64,000 nucleotides of DNA from assembly GCA_951406725.2 (NCBI GenBank), contig OX597826.1:71486001-71550000 (forward strand), written 5' to 3'. This stretch comes from Octopus vulgaris (taxonomy: Eukaryota). Of the stretch, positions 11,815 to 26,704 are shown piece after piece. The position numbers and the translations under genes are program-made. The notes beneath the pieces are model-generated. The model had not been told where the DNA came from and ran no database searches. It was given only the letters and a program-made list of their open reading frames with translations. The first letter of the stretch is position 1, and every line of letters begins with the position of its first letter.

Positions 11815-11932
11815 AAACCAATCAGCTCAACCAACCAATCAGCTTAAGTAATTGAGTGATACTACACACTGATTGGTCAGAATACAGTTTGCAAAACCTA
11901 GCACTCTGGAGCCTACCCAGCTGTATTTATAG
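11815..11932 (+). promoter_or_regulatory. Putative pLTR Pol II promoter
   Basis: CCAATCAG at about 11818 and 11835, reverse ATTGG at about 11872, TATTTATA at about 11924, and AATAAA at about 12129. Confidence 0.45.
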
Positions 11933-11994
11933 CACAGAATCACTCATCTTGCTACAGTCAAAAATTGTGAAGCATGACTGTCAACACTACTACA

Positions 11995-12039
11995 TGAACC
12001 CGAAGATTGCAGAATTCAATGCATGAAAGTACTAGTTCA
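11995..12039 (+). ncRNA. Hammerhead ribozyme motif in the 3' pLTR
   Basis: Stem I TGAAC/GTTCA, core CCGAAGA (U4C), stem II TGCA/TGCA, GAA, palindromic AGTACT stem III. Predicted cleavage after A12034. Confidence 0.8.
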
Positions 12040-12168
12040 ATCAGAATGAATATTTAACATTCTACTATTTCATTTTATTTTATTCAATTATAATATATTA
12101 TCTTATAATATATCATTATAAGATTGTAAATAAAACGTGAAAATCAGACAAGGTTGGAATTCTTTTTA

Positions 12169-12218
<50 letters not shown>

Positions 12219-12235
12219 GATACATATATATATAC

Positions 12236-12294
<59 letters not shown>

Positions 12295-12602
12295 AAATAG
12301 TGTACATTTAAACACAAGAGAAACTGCCTTCTACAAGCAGTTTTACACGCTAGAAGTAGTCAAAACGACCAAAACCACATTTAAGAGCAATCTTCAAAAG
12401 GAATGAAAAATAAACACTTTTACTTTGTTATTTTATTCCGGTCAGACCTAGGCTTCAAATTTTTTTTAGCAAATAAAATAATTTGCTTGGCGAATTTCTC
12501 ATCAGTGACCGCCCCATAACACTAACATATAATTAAGAGATGAATAACACGTGTCTCATCGTTATACTATGACAACAGTACGGATAACGTACTTACAAGA
12601 CC

Positions 12603-12689
<87 letters not shown>

Positions 12690-12722
12690 TGAGAAAGTTG
12701 GTGTGTGAAAGCACGTGGTTGG

Positions 12723-12996
12723 ATGTATGAAAAATAGAAAGGAGTGAAAAAACTACAGAAGGCTTGTTTTGTAAGGTTAAAGAATAAGTCGTTATGTTAG
12801 AAACATGTTAGAAAATTTTGTGTATTGTAGCATAGTTTTTGGAGAAAAGTTTACACGAAACCGGTTATTTCTCCAAAAACTATGTTACTATACACAAAAT
12901 TCTAAAACATTTTTCTAACATAACGACTTAAATATATTCTTTAACCTTATAAAAGAAGCTTCTGTAGTTTTTTCACTCTTTTCTATTTTATACATA
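12723..12996. repeat. Diverged palindrome of about 270 bp, probably a PLE inversion remnant
   Basis: Arms about 12723-12847 and 12868-12996 are reverse complements. The centre contains GAAACCGGTT. Confidence 0.75.
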
Positions 12997-12997
12997 T

Positions 12998-13322
12998 ACT
13001 CTTTTACTCTTTTACTTGTTTCAGTCATTTGACTGCGGCCATGCTGGAGCACCGCCTTTAATCGAGCAACTCGACCTCGGGACTTATTCTTTTGTAAGCC
13101 CAGTACTTATTCTATCGATTCTTTTGCCGAACCGCTAAGTAACGGGGACATAAACACACCAGCATCGGTTGTCAAGTAATGCTAGGGGGACAAACACAGA
13201 CACACAAACACATATATATATATACATATATACGACGGGCTTCTTTCAGTTTCCGTCTACCAAATCCACTCACAAGGCATTGGTCGGCCCGAGGCTATAG
13301 TAGAATACACTTGCCCAAGGTG
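12998..13322 (-). mobile_element. SINE family B (tRNA-derived, CORE-like), 5'-truncated
   Basis: Reverse complement of 54105-54501: ttgggcaagtgt.. core and (gtaaaaga)n tail. Confidence 0.85.
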
Positions 13323-13355
13323 ATATATATATATATATATATATGTATGTATAAG

Positions 13356-13570
13356 GTTAATCCAAACGGGAAAACAGAAAAAACAACAACACGTGGAACA
13401 ATTACAGTATTATTATTATTAGGCGCTCAGGAAAATGGAAGAAGGAGGGTATGACGTTTCGAGCGGAGCTCTTCGTCGGAAACATAGGAGAAAGAAAGAT
13501 CCCGAGACGGGAGGACAGAGGGAAAAAAAAATTGTAGGTGGTCTTCACGAGGTCACATACTGAAAAGACG
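13356..13570 (-). mobile_element. PLE pLTR-like remnant with hammerhead-like motif at 13449-13483
   Basis: Minus strand: GTTT-CCGACGA-A-GAGC tcc GCTC-GAA-ACGT-C-ATAC. Homolog of 2134-2330. Confidence 0.6.
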
Positions 13571-14416
13571 GAAGAGGTAAAAAAGGAGGAAAATGTTTTT
13601 TAAAAACAGGAGAGCTGAATCAAAGAGGGAATGGTAAAAAAGGTGTGCGAGAAAACGAGGGTGTGTGTGTGAGTGTGTGCGTGTGTGTGTATGTGTGTGT
13701 ATGGTGGACAGTGGCTAGTAGCAGGCAGTAGTAGAATTAAAGGAGTGTGTGGGGGTACCCTAGCAAGTCAGAAAGGCAGATCAGAAACAGGGAGGTATGT
13801 GTGTGTGCGTGTGTATGTATGTGTGAGTGTGTGCGTGTGCGTGTGTGTATGTGTGTGTGAGGCGAGATAAAAAAACAAAAAATATGTATATGTTAGTGCG
13901 TGCAGGGCGAACAGATGACATAGCAAGTCTCGAGTAAGTGGTCAGTGGTAAAAAAAAAGGGAGGAAGGAGGGAAGAAGGGAATATGCATACACACGCGCA
14001 CACAGAGAAAGAAAGAAAGAAAGAAAGAGCAACACCGTGAGTTTTCCAAAGTGTACAAGTCCCTGGTGACTTCGATCCTTCTGTATGTGGGAGCTGGATC
14101 CTTGCAGCTGACACAGAGTCCAGATATTTGAGCACGAGTGCTTTGTATGGCAGCAATTCAACAAATAAGCTGGCTGACAAGTGCCACTCTTTGCCCGGAT
14201 GAAAAGACGAAAGCTTGTCCGGCACGGTCACGTATCCCGCCACAACTCCCTGTCCAAAACCGTCTTTCAAGGTACAGTTGGGCATTTTTCTGTACCAGCC
14301 AACTGCAACTTTGTCGCTCACACAATCCTAACATCTCTAAAGTAACAGACAGCCATTCAAAATGTGATTCTCCAATTCTCTTTTGATCTGTCTATCTGTC
14401 TGTCTATCTCTGTCTC

Positions 14417-14451
<35 letters not shown>

Positions 14452-14462
14452 TCCTCTTTCTT

Positions 14463-14501
<39 letters not shown>

Positions 14502-14509
14502 TCTTAATC

Positions 14510-15635
14510 CTTGCACGTCTTAATGACCATCAGCACGGCTTCCGCAGAGCTAGCTTTGCTGGAAACCTACACTCACTAGGAGGCCTCTTGCTTATAGAAA
14601 TAGAAAAGTACAGTGTAAACATTGTTATCTCCCTAGATATCACAAAAGTCTTCGACCGTGTCTGACACACGAATCTCCTATCAAAACCTGAATACTTCGA
14701 ACCATTTCTCATCACTTTGATCAGTGGTTGTTTCTCTTTTATTTGTTTGTTTGTTTGTTTTTAATCAGGTCACGTCCTCGCAGCAGTTCAAAGAACTCTT
14801 TCTGTTTCATTCTCAAGCGAAATCGGCGTTCGGTTTCCCAGGTTCGATCCTGTTCCCTTACCCCTTTCCTTCTTATACATCAATAATATACTTGCCCCCT
14901 ACGACCTATAATGCTCACTCACCCTTATGTAAATTATTGGCCTTTTATTCGTCCCTAATCTCCCCCAACCATGAATCATCTCCTCGAAGCCTGCACCACG
15001 CATAAAACCTGTACAGATTTCATGAACGGAAACTTTCAGAGCACCCTTCTCTCTCCTTGGAGAGCATGTCCATCTTGTCTCCTTTAACAGCAAAATATCT
15101 CTATCACCACTCGGATTGAGAAATGGGTGGCACTACAACCTCCTAAACATAAACAACACTCGTTCAGACCCCTCGGGATCACTGCAAATGTTGTGCCTCA
15201 TTGGCAAAAGCACATCGTTTACAAAGATTAGAACTTCTCTTCAGAGACAGAAGATATTTCATCTTCCAACAGTTGCTGACACTTCAAAGCTGAAGCGGAG
15301 CCCACAATGTAATACTTCTCACATAATTGATACGGTGCTCTCTTCTTCCTCTTTTCTACTGGTCTCTGTTACTCGGAATTGGCTGATCTTGGATATCCTC
15401 CACTCAGACGATTCTGTCACAGAATCATATGTCCACATTTCGTCACCTTCATATCCTCCTCCAGGCCCAACTCCCCCCCCCCACTCGCCACCAGTCTCAC
15501 CCGCCACCAGCCCAGAACATCGGCCCTCTGGAATTCCCAACCCGCTGATGTCTTTACTGCAGGTGCAGACTTGCATCAGTTTAAACGTGAAATTAACGGC
15601 ATCAAACACAATAGTCCCAGAGAGACTTCAAAAGT
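14510..15635 (+). pseudogene. Degenerate non-LTR (CR1/Jockey-like) RT and 3' end
   Basis: Fragmentary motifs LNDHQHGFR, LDITKVFDRV*H, G(F)P-GSIL-P-(L)FLLYIN, and C-terminal LWNSQPADVF..DLHQFKREIN. Confidence 0.65.
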
Positions 15636-15657
15636 GATGGACACTACCTTTCCATGA

Positions 15658-15888
15658 AGGCGGCGAGCTGGCAGAAACGTTAGCACGCCGGGCGAAATGC
15701 TTAGCGGTATTTCGTCTTCCGTTACGTTCTGAGTTAAAATTCCGCCGAGGTCGACTTTGCTTTCCATCCTTTCGGAGTCGATTAAATAAGTACCAGTTAA
15801 GCACTGGGGTCGATATAATCGACTTAATCCGTGTGTCTGTCCTTGTTTGTCCTCTCTGTGTTTAGCCCCTTGTGGGTAGTAAAGAAAT
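15658..15888 (+). mobile_element. SINE family A, full length, with TSD
   Basis: tRNA-like head. Flanked by duplicated ggacactacctttcc (about 15639-15654 and 15890-15904). Confidence 0.9.
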
Positions 15889-15919
15889 GGGACACTACCT
15901 TTCCTTCATATTAGGAAGG

Positions 15920-15998
<79 letters not shown>

Positions 15999-16134
15999 AC
16001 AGAGAGAGAAAGACAGAGACAGACAGAGAGAGAGAGAGAGAGTAAACGGTAGGCACACATATTAAAATAGAATATATATCTAGGCTGGAGAGAATTATGT
16101 TTTCCGAGATAAACGCTAGATATATATATATATA

Positions 16135-16450
16135 TAACGTGGCTTAACGGTTAGGGTGTTCGGCCGACGACCGTCATGAGTTCGATTCCCGGCCTCGCAT
16201 TGTGTTCTTGAGCAAGACACTTTATTTCACGTTGCTCCAGTCCACTCACCTCGCAAAAATGAGTCGGACCTGCATTTCAAGGGACCAACCTTGTTACATC
16301 CTGCGGCGCGCTGAATCTTCCCAAGAACTACGTTAGGGGTACGCATGTCCGTGGTGTGCTCGGTCACTGGCACGTTAATATCAGGAAAAGGCTGTTTCGT
16401 TGGTTGGATCAACTGGAACGCTCGTCTTCGTAACTGACGGAGTACCAACA
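16135..16450 (+). mobile_element. tRNA-derived SINE, diverged
   Basis: gtggcttaacggttaggg..gagttcgattccc head and gtgttcttgagcaagacac core. Confidence 0.75.
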
Positions 16451-17228
16451 AAGCGAATACCAACAAGCGAATATGTATATATATTTATTCGTGGTAACCT
16501 GCCAAGCAAATGTAAACCCATAAACAGGCAGCTTACTTTTAACAGCAATTACATAACACCAGACAGAATGGCGTCAACATAAATGCAACGTCATCAACTA
16601 GTGTATCTACTTCATTAACATAAAGTGCCTACGTCATCACTTTCCTAAACCAATCAGTAATCCAAGTTGAATGCTACATCAACGAGCGTGGCTGTTAATA
16701 CGTGGTATCGTGGACGATCCTACCAACTGCAATTGTTGACACTGGTTGTCCATCTTGCAGTTTATAGGGGGCAGCACCAAGTCGTAGAGTATGTACCAGA
16801 GATACGACGAAAGTATCCCTTTTCATATTGTTTCTACCAACTGTCATGCAGTGGTAGTTATAGCAGGCGATGGACATCAGACCAACTATTAAATATCAGG
16901 ACAAGACTATGGTGGACAATAGACCTGCCAGCGAAGACGACACACAATCATTCATTTATACACAGCTTTTAGCTGCAGCCTAGACACCACCTTACACAAC
17001 GGAAAGCATCATAATTACAATATTCTAAAAATAGAAAAGCTGCGACAGGACTTAGACATGAACTCTCGTGTGCTCCTCAAATTACATTTTACCAATATCT
17101 CAGAACGCAACGGTTTTATAACCAACAATTTTTTTGTTTCAACGATACCAAAATCTCCTAACAGTATGCAGGGTTACTTCCCCACACCGTTTAGAAGCAC
17201 TACATACACACATACACATAAATATATA

Positions 17229-18498
17229 TTAGGTTGTCAAGAAGGTTCTTGCGGAATGTCTAATTTGATTTTAAATGATGTATTTTCAAGTTAATTTTCC
17301 TTATATTACTTTGACTTTATATATCATTTTAAAGCCCGTTTTTTGCTCTATTTAATCGCGTTACTCTTTTTCTTTTTGAATAATTAGGCCATTTTTTCCG
17401 GAACGTTGAATACAACATGGACAAAAAGCAAATTCGCACAATTTTCTCATTCCAGTTCAAGCTAAGCCGAAAAGCTGCTGAAACAGCTCGCGATATCAAC
17501 GAGGCGTTTGGCCCAGGAACCACTAATGAACATACAACACAATGGTGGTTCAAGAAATTTCGTAGCGTTGACGAAAGTCTTGAAGATAAGCGTAGTGGTG
17601 GCTATCGGATGTTGACAACGAGCCTTGGTGGAAGCCAATCCACGCACAACTGTTCGAGAGCTTGCTTCTGAATTAGACGTAACGTATACGATAATTTCCA
17701 ACCACATGAGATAGATTGGAAAAGCAAAAATACTTGTATAATGGGTGCCGCACGAATTGAACGACAAAAAAACCCCGCCGTTTTGAAGTGTCGTCTTCCC
17801 TTCTTTTACGCAACAAGATCGACCCGTTTCTCGGCTGGATTTTGACTTGCAATGAAAAGTGGATTGTTTACGACAACCGGCGACGCTCAGCTCAGTGGTT
17901 GGACGCTGACGAAGCTCCACAGCACTTTTCCCGAAGCCAAAGTTGCACCAAAAGAAGGTCATTGTGGCTGTTTGGTGGTCTGCAGTCGGTCTCATCCATC
18001 ACAGCTTTTCGGATCCAGGCGAAACCATTACAGCGGAGAAGTACTATCAGCAAATGGAAGAAATGCATAAGAAACTCCGACAACAACAGTCAGTATTGGT
18101 CAACAGAAGAGGACCAATTCTTCCCCTTGACAACGCTCGGCCACATGTCGCACAACTGACACTGCAGAAGTTGAACGAATTGGGCTACGAATCTCTGCCT
18201 CATCCGCCATATTCACCAGACCTCTCGCATACCGACTACCACTTTTTCAAGCATCTTGACAACTTCCTGCGTGAGAAATGCTTCAAAAACCAAGACGATG
18301 CTAAACAAGCTTTCAACGACTTCATTGCCACCAGAAACAGGACTTTTAAGCTACTGGCAATAATAAACTTGTTTCGCGTTGGCAAAAGTGTGTTGATTCG
18401 GATGGTGTTTATTTCGATTAATAAAATTTTGTTTGAGTCGAGATATGTGCATTTGAATATAGTGGTTAAAAACCGCAAGAACTTTCTTGACAACCTAA
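17229..18498 (+). mobile_element. mariner (DD34D, Hsmar1/cecropia-like) transposon with decayed transposase
   Basis: TIRs ttaggttgtcaagaa.gttcttgcgg at both ends with TA TSD. Transposase from 17417 with frameshifts; motifs WVPHEL, TCNEKW, DNARPH, PPYSPDLSHTDY. Confidence 0.93.
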
Positions 18499-18614
18499 TA
18501 TAATTCAATTTTGGAACGGAGAAACCCGAAGCTATGAATAATAATATGTAAATATTGGATTAAAAAAAACTTTAGGGGTTGAAAAAGTCGAAGGCTGTAC
18601 GTGGAACGTCAACA

Positions 18615-18681
<67 letters not shown>

Positions 18682-19764
18682 TACAGACACACACACACAC
18701 AGACATACACACGCTCAATTGCTGTAATCTTATAAGTTTATAAGACAGTATGCCTTGAAAACGGAAATAATTCTCTGATCCACAAATTGTTGTCGAGAAG
18801 TTCTGTTTTGGTGGAATGAAAACTACTTCAAATTTAAAAAGAATATAATTTTGGACTTAACCGAGATTTGATAGATACCCAAGAAGGTATCACAAAAGCA
18901 AAACAACTGCTTTGGGTCCGAAATTATTCTTCTCACAGTGAAGTTTGACTGCAGGGCAGACATATTCGACGATGCATTCAGTGAACAAATTCCGTGTAAC
19001 CCAAGCAGAAAAGATTCGGAGTCGCCTTTCGTTGCTCTCTGACAATCTTAGTGATAAATAATCAGTGACTTAAATTACAAACCTCATGTGGGGTTTACTC
19101 CTAACAACAATGTGAAACAATCTCTTGGTGTTTTATACCCCAGCGCATTTTCGTCTCCTTTGAGATATGAATTTTAGAGAGTTAACGTTTCCGAAAACAG
19201 CATAACTTTATCAACATTAGAAACTTGATCCGATGAATATTCACCTCTTTTTTTCTTCTTCTTCGTTTTAGTATTATTATTATTATTACTTCTAATACTC
19301 TTCATTTGCTAGACATCCCGATACGGCCTGAATGTCAGCACTTGCTGATTCCCTTGTTATTAGAATGAATTAGTAATGAAACAGTTTACTTGAATTATAC
19401 GGAGCAAAAATACGGAGCAACAAATATTTTGAGTGAGTTCCTCGGTTTCGTTTTCCAATTGATTTCATAAATTTAACGCCTTTTGCTGAGTGGTGTAGCT
19501 AGATAAACTGGCGAGTGACACTGTAGCACATCGCCAATACAAACACTTAAGATTTTCTCTATATTTTCCATGATTTTATTGCATATACGTGCCTCTTTAG
19601 AATGAGCTTCCTTGAATTTTACACGACACCTGTATTTGGTTAAGATGCACTTCGTGCATCTACGGTCGAAAACTAAGATTTTATTGTGCCTGGATTTTGA
19701 ATATCAACAAAGTATTCTTTCCACTTCTCCAGAATGCTCGTCTATTTATTCCTCGATCTGTAGA

Positions 19765-20220
19765 GCTCGAGAAGATACATGACCGTGTGTTGTAGGACAT
19801 GTTGTGGAGGGTTTTACCGAAGTTTGGAATTAACGGGCAACTTCTGGAAGCTGTGAAGTCCCTGTACGAATGCCTACATGTTTGGGTTCGAGTAAATGGT
19901 ACTAAGCCGGAACTTTCCAACGTGGGTATTGGACTTCGGCAGGGATGTGTATTGTCACCCAACCTTTTCATAATTTTTATGAACTGGATAGACAAGCGCA
20001 GCTATTGTGGAAGTGATATCCCCACAATCGGTGGGGTTATGATCGGTTAGCTGATGCAGACGACAAGACGACGCTCTGACAACACGCAGACGTCATGCGG
20101 GATCAAATAATAACATGCAGGCGATATGTTACATGATTCATCAGAAGGTGATCTCACACATGCACCGAATGGGTCTGGTCACAAGGCAGGAATGATAATT
20201 AGTGCTGTGAAAACTGAGAC
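19765..20220 (+). pseudogene. RTE-clade LINE RT fragment
   Basis: LWRVLPKFGINGQLLEAVKSLY..GLRQGCVLSPNLFIIFM. Confidence 0.8.
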
Positions 20221-20395
20221 ATTGATCTTCTTTAGGTATCTTATTTGCTAGTAAAGCAATGAGATGGTATCTGTATATAAAGGTTGAAATTTAAGCGGGA
20301 AGTTCTGGCTCCGACCAAGAAGGATACTTTTCCTTTCATGATATTGGGTGTTTGTAACTGCTGCGAAGATACAAAAGAGAGGAAAAGAAAACGAA

Positions 20396-20426
<31 letters not shown>

Positions 20427-20495
20427 TATCGCATATATACATACACAAATACACACACACATGCAGACAGGCAGACAGATAGACAGACAGACAGG

Positions 20496-20559
<64 letters not shown>

Positions 20560-20572
20560 TAGACAGACAGAC

Positions 20573-20655
<83 letters not shown>

Positions 20656-20939
20656 CAAGCTTCTGTACGCACATACATTCATAAAATAAGACGGATATAT
20701 CGCTGCAAACATGTCAAATGCATTTTACATGCATTTTATTGCTTTCACTAGGCACCAAACCCCTAAAAACAACTTTAAAGGTTTGCCCGTATTCTCCACT
20801 CTGTTACTGACGAAGTTTGAACAGTAACTCTTAGGATTTTTACTTACCTGTCCAGGTTGAACCAAAGCGAAGGACTACTCGAATTCTTCTCTGTCTCATC
20901 AGTGACGTCACAATATCAATTCTAAGAGTTTATACCTTT

Positions 20940-20973
<34 letters not shown>

Positions 20974-20974
20974 A

Positions 20975-21208
20975 AATGCGCCCTTTTAAAGCCTAGCCAG
21001 GTTCATGGGCCCGGTTTCCCGGTTTCTATGGCGTATGTGTTCCCCAGCTGGACGGGACGCCAGTCCATCGCCGCGTTACTCATTTTTGCCAGCTGAGTTG
21101 ACTGGAGCTACGTGAAATAAAGTGTTTTGCTCAAGAACACAACGCGTCGCCCGGTCCAGGAATCGAAACCAGAATCTTACGATCATGGTGCTGACACCCT
21201 AACCACCA
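20975..21208 (-). mobile_element. tRNA-derived SINE
   Basis: Minus-strand head gtggttagggtgtcagcac..ggtttcgattcctggacc, gtgttcttgagcaaaacac core, (TTTA)n tail. Confidence 0.8.
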
Positions 21209-21330
21209 ACTGTAAGGTTTTAATATTTTGCCTAGGCATTGCAATACTAATAAACTGGTGTAGAACTCAACGTCCAAATGCTTCAGAACGAAGCGTTAGT
21301 CGAGAAGACAGCGGTAATAAGAAAATAAAG

Positions 21331-21750
21331 GGCGGGTGCGCTGGGAGAATCGTTAACACACCGGGCGAAATGCTTAGTGGTATTTCGTCTGCCGTTACGT
21401 TCTGAGTTCAAATTCCGCCGAGGTCGATTTTGCCTTTCATCCTTTCGGAGTCGATAAATTAAGTACCAGTTAAGCACTGGGGTCGATATAATCGACTTAA
21501 TCCGTTTGTCTGTCCTTGTTTGTTCTCTCTATGTTTAGCCCCTTGTGGGTAATAAAGAAATAGGTATTTCGTCTGCCGTTACGTTCTGAGTTCAAATTCC
21601 GCCGAGGTCGACTTTGCCTTTCATCCTTTCGGGGTCGATAAATTAAGTACCAGTTAAGCACTGGGGTCGATATAATCGACTTAATCCGTGTGTCTGTCCT
21701 TGTTTGTTCTCTCTATGTTTAGCCCCTTGTGAGTAATAAAGAAATAGGTA
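21331..21750 (+). mobile_element. SINE family A with tandem duplication of the body
   Basis: A unit of about 183 bp occurs twice. Confidence 0.85.
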
Positions 21751-21865
21751 ATAAGAAAATAAGGGATCACAAAGGAATAAGTGATTATCTTATCAACATC
21801 ATTACCTTACAACTGTTTCTGCCATAGCTGTAAGCTAATGAAGTTCATAAGATAATCGTAAGATA

Positions 21866-22141
21866 GGCGACGGAGTGGCTGTGTGAAAAAAATTTTTTCA
21901 CTTATCATCCGAAACTGTTTTTTAATCGATTAACCTTTTTATGTTTGTTTGTCTATGTTCGTCCCCTCTTTGTAATGCCGTCATGGTAAATTTGAAATAA
22001 AGTAGCTTGCTTACGAACCACATAGTTCCGGGTTCAGTCCTACTGTGTGGCACCTGGGGGCAAGTGTCTTCTACTATAGCCTCGGGCCGACCAAAGCCTT
22101 GTGAGTGGATTTGATAGACGGAAACTGAAAGAAGCCCGTCG

Positions 22142-22195
<54 letters not shown>

Positions 22196-22200
22196 TGTGT
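21866..22200 (+). mobile_element. SINE family B, head interrupted by an insert of about 115 bp
   Basis: ggcgacggagtggctgtgtg, an unrelated insert, then aagtagcttgcttacgaaccac... Confidence 0.75.
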
Positions 22201-22485
22201 CTTTCATCCTTCTATTTTTTTTTTTGTGGTGGGCGTGTCGAGTATTGGAGCTTATCTTTCCCTCACCCATATTGATATCCGAAGCTTATGATAAAAAAAA
22301 AGAAAGAAACCCAATATGTTTATTGTTTTCTTTTAACTTAATACTATTTCGACGACGAAGATAATAATCGTGATCATAATCATGATGATAATGATGATGA
22401 TGATGACAGTTATGGTATTTTCATTGTTGCTAAAGTTTTATTCCTTGTTTTTTGTTTTTTTTATTATTCTCAATGACAGCCATTC

Positions 22486-22890
22486 GGATCTTTTTACTTT
22501 GACCGGCAGATTTTTAAAATATTTTCTTTGTAACTAAACACTTTTAAACTTCGTATACTGGTAGAATGTGTTACATAAAACCTCTTTTTCTCTTGGCATT
22601 CTTGAGAAAATTATGTAGTTTGTAAGCTATTTCTTGCATTTCGGCAATTTCAACCAATCAATGACGTCTATTGAGGTGAATACAATTATTGCCGTACTTT
22701 GTCAACAACAATTTCCTGCGGTCTATACTCAGTTTGTCACTGTTATTTATGAGAAAAAAGATACCCTTCCCCTCAAAAGCCAAGAGAAAAAGAGGTTTTA
22801 TGTAACACATTCTACTAGTATACGAAGTTTAAAAGTGTTTAGTTACAAAGAAATTATTTTAAAAATCTGCCGGTCAAAGTGAAAAGATCC
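22486..22890. mobile_element. MITE with TIRs of about 110 bp and 8-bp TSD (Merlin-like)
   Basis: Termini ggatc..gatcc. cagccatt on both sides. Related copy at 54977-55121. Confidence 0.8.
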
Positions 22891-24143
22891 CAGCCATTGT
22901 AATTGTTAATTTTTTGTATTATTTTATGTTAATTGGTGGTGGTGGTGGTGGTGGTGGTGGTGGTTGGAGTGTGTACACCGCAAGAATATCATTTGGCCTG
23001 TACTTAAGCACCAAATTAGATATTTACCTGCATTAAGATGTTAGGCTTGATTGACGAGTGACTACGCAGTGGTGTGTAAGTCTTTCATTTTACTCTATAT
23101 TTTATTCGTTCCTCTCTCCGCTTGTTTTGTTTTTTATTCTATTTATTTGTTTATGTTATATTGTTATTTATTTATTTATCTATGTATTTATTTATTTTGC
23201 CTTCTCTTATTCTTTCTTTTCAAAATAAAAGGTCCTGTTCTCCATTTGTTTTATACAAGACTTCACTGTCCCCTGGCCGTGCTGTCTTAAAATAAAACAG
23301 GGAAAATTGGAAATAAAAAAAAGTTTATTATAAAAGAAAAGTTAGATATCTAAATAATATTGTTGTGTGTGTATATTATTCCGACCTAACGAGGACGAAG
23401 TTGATGTTGACTCCAAATTTTTATTTACTGTTACTTTATATATAGCCACACACGACAGCGGGGGGGGGGGGTAATATAAGTGGAAAAGCATGCTAGGTTG
23501 AAGAGAGTTAATTTCTACTTGTATAAGTGTGTGCATGTTCTCGTCATTGTCGTAGTCGGCCAAAGATAGTGATAGAGTGATGTCGTAGAGAAGGGAAATG
23601 AGTTGGTGAGAGAAAGTGAGAGTGGTGGGACGAGACAACTGCTTCGTTGATGAGTTACCATAGTTGTCCCTCTGTGACCTTTCATTCAGGGACGGCGTTT
23701 CGTTCAGCCGGTCAGCCAACTCCCCTATTAGTCGGTTCTCGCTAATTTTTTTTTTTATTCGGCACACAGGCCATGACACAGAGGGGACAGCACAAAGACA
23801 AAACAAAAAACAATTAGAAGGCTGGGGTTATACATTAGTTAAAAATCGAATATATTATAGAATTCTAGTATTTATAACTCTACAGGCTAGCTAGAAAAAA
23901 AGAGAAGTATTGCCGAAAATAATGAGCAGTTGATGTAGGCCGCCCTTATCTAATTTCAATTTTTGGTGGCATAGAAGAGGTCAAGAGTTAAACTGAAAAT
24001 ACATAAATTGTCTTGACAAAACCATATGTTGAATGTGGCTGCTGTCAACCATTGTTTTTCGGTGAGAAAAATGCAGTTGCAATGTTAAGGGAAATTGGTA
24101 GATTCAGGCTCGAATCTACTTTATGTCTAAATGAAGTCACTTC

Positions 24144-24174
<31 letters not shown>

Positions 24175-24189
24175 CATACATACACACGT

Positions 24190-25814
<1,625 letters not shown>

Positions 25815-25985
25815 ATATATATATATATATATATATATATAGGAATATATGTGAGAAAAGTTGAGTTCTATTTCATCTTTAATTTTGGTGGGTTCCGAAG
25901 GTCGATTTATAATATAAAGATTCTTCATATTCCGTTGGTAGTTTACTGTTGTAAGTATTTTTCGAATATGAAAATGTTACAAGTA

Positions 25986-26704
25986 TAAGGTGTGTTATGA
26001 GCATTTATAGAACACGTATCCTATAGAAACTCAACAAACAATTAAAGATGGAGAAGAGAAGATGTTAAAAGTTTTTAAAAAAATTTAATCCATGCATACG
26101 ATCGTTTCGAACAGTAATATTAAATTACGCATTACTGTTCTCCTCAGTGCGAATAAAGAAATACATCAAAAAGAGTACATCAGCAGAATGTTATGTTGTT
26201 ACAGAAGACTAGATGGAATGAGTGTCGCATCATATATTCGGATATACATAATATCCTTATTAAAGATTTTAAAAACATGCTAAAATAGTGTCACACTATC
26301 TTAAAAGATAAAAAAAAAACATGCAAAGATAGTGTAACACTATCTTAAAAGGTAAAATAAACACATGCTAACATTATCTTAGTATGCATTTTATCTTTTA
26401 TAAGGATATTATGTATATCCGAATATTTTATGTGACACTCACTCCATCTAGTTTTCTGTAACAATATAACATTCTTCTGGTGTATTCTTTTTGATTTATT
26501 TCTCTTTTCACACTGAGGAGACCAGTAATGTGTAATTAATTTAATTATAACTATAATTAAATTAATTTCTAATTTTTACCATGCTATTCGAAACGATCGT
26601 ATGCATGGATGAACTTTTTTTAAACTTTTAACACCCTTTCTTCTCCATCTTTAATTGTTTATTGAGTTTCTGTAGGATACGTGTTCTATAAATGCTTATA
26701 ACAC

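Larger units (their letters stand above)
6243..12175 (+). mobile_element. Penelope-like retroelement (Neptune-like, Cys-rich RT-EN linker), near full length, with inverted 3' copy at the 5' end
   Basis: RT plus GIY-YIG ORF. Direct pLTR repeats at 7631-7904 and 11903-12175. 6270-7631 is the reverse complement of 10815-12176. (TA)n on both sides. Confidence 0.95.

Noticed and set aside
13893-14321. 142-aa minus-strand ORF with balanced composition
   Set aside because: No recognisable motif or clear splice signals, and it lies within repeat context.
15116-15637. 173-aa Pro-rich ORF
   Set aside because: Off-frame reading of a decayed LINE 3' region.
20805-20910. CTGACGA and CTGATGA cores (similar partial motifs at about 5190, 12500, 23690, 32030 and 46597)
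   Set aside because: No properly placed GAAA and stem set could be built. At most decayed relics.
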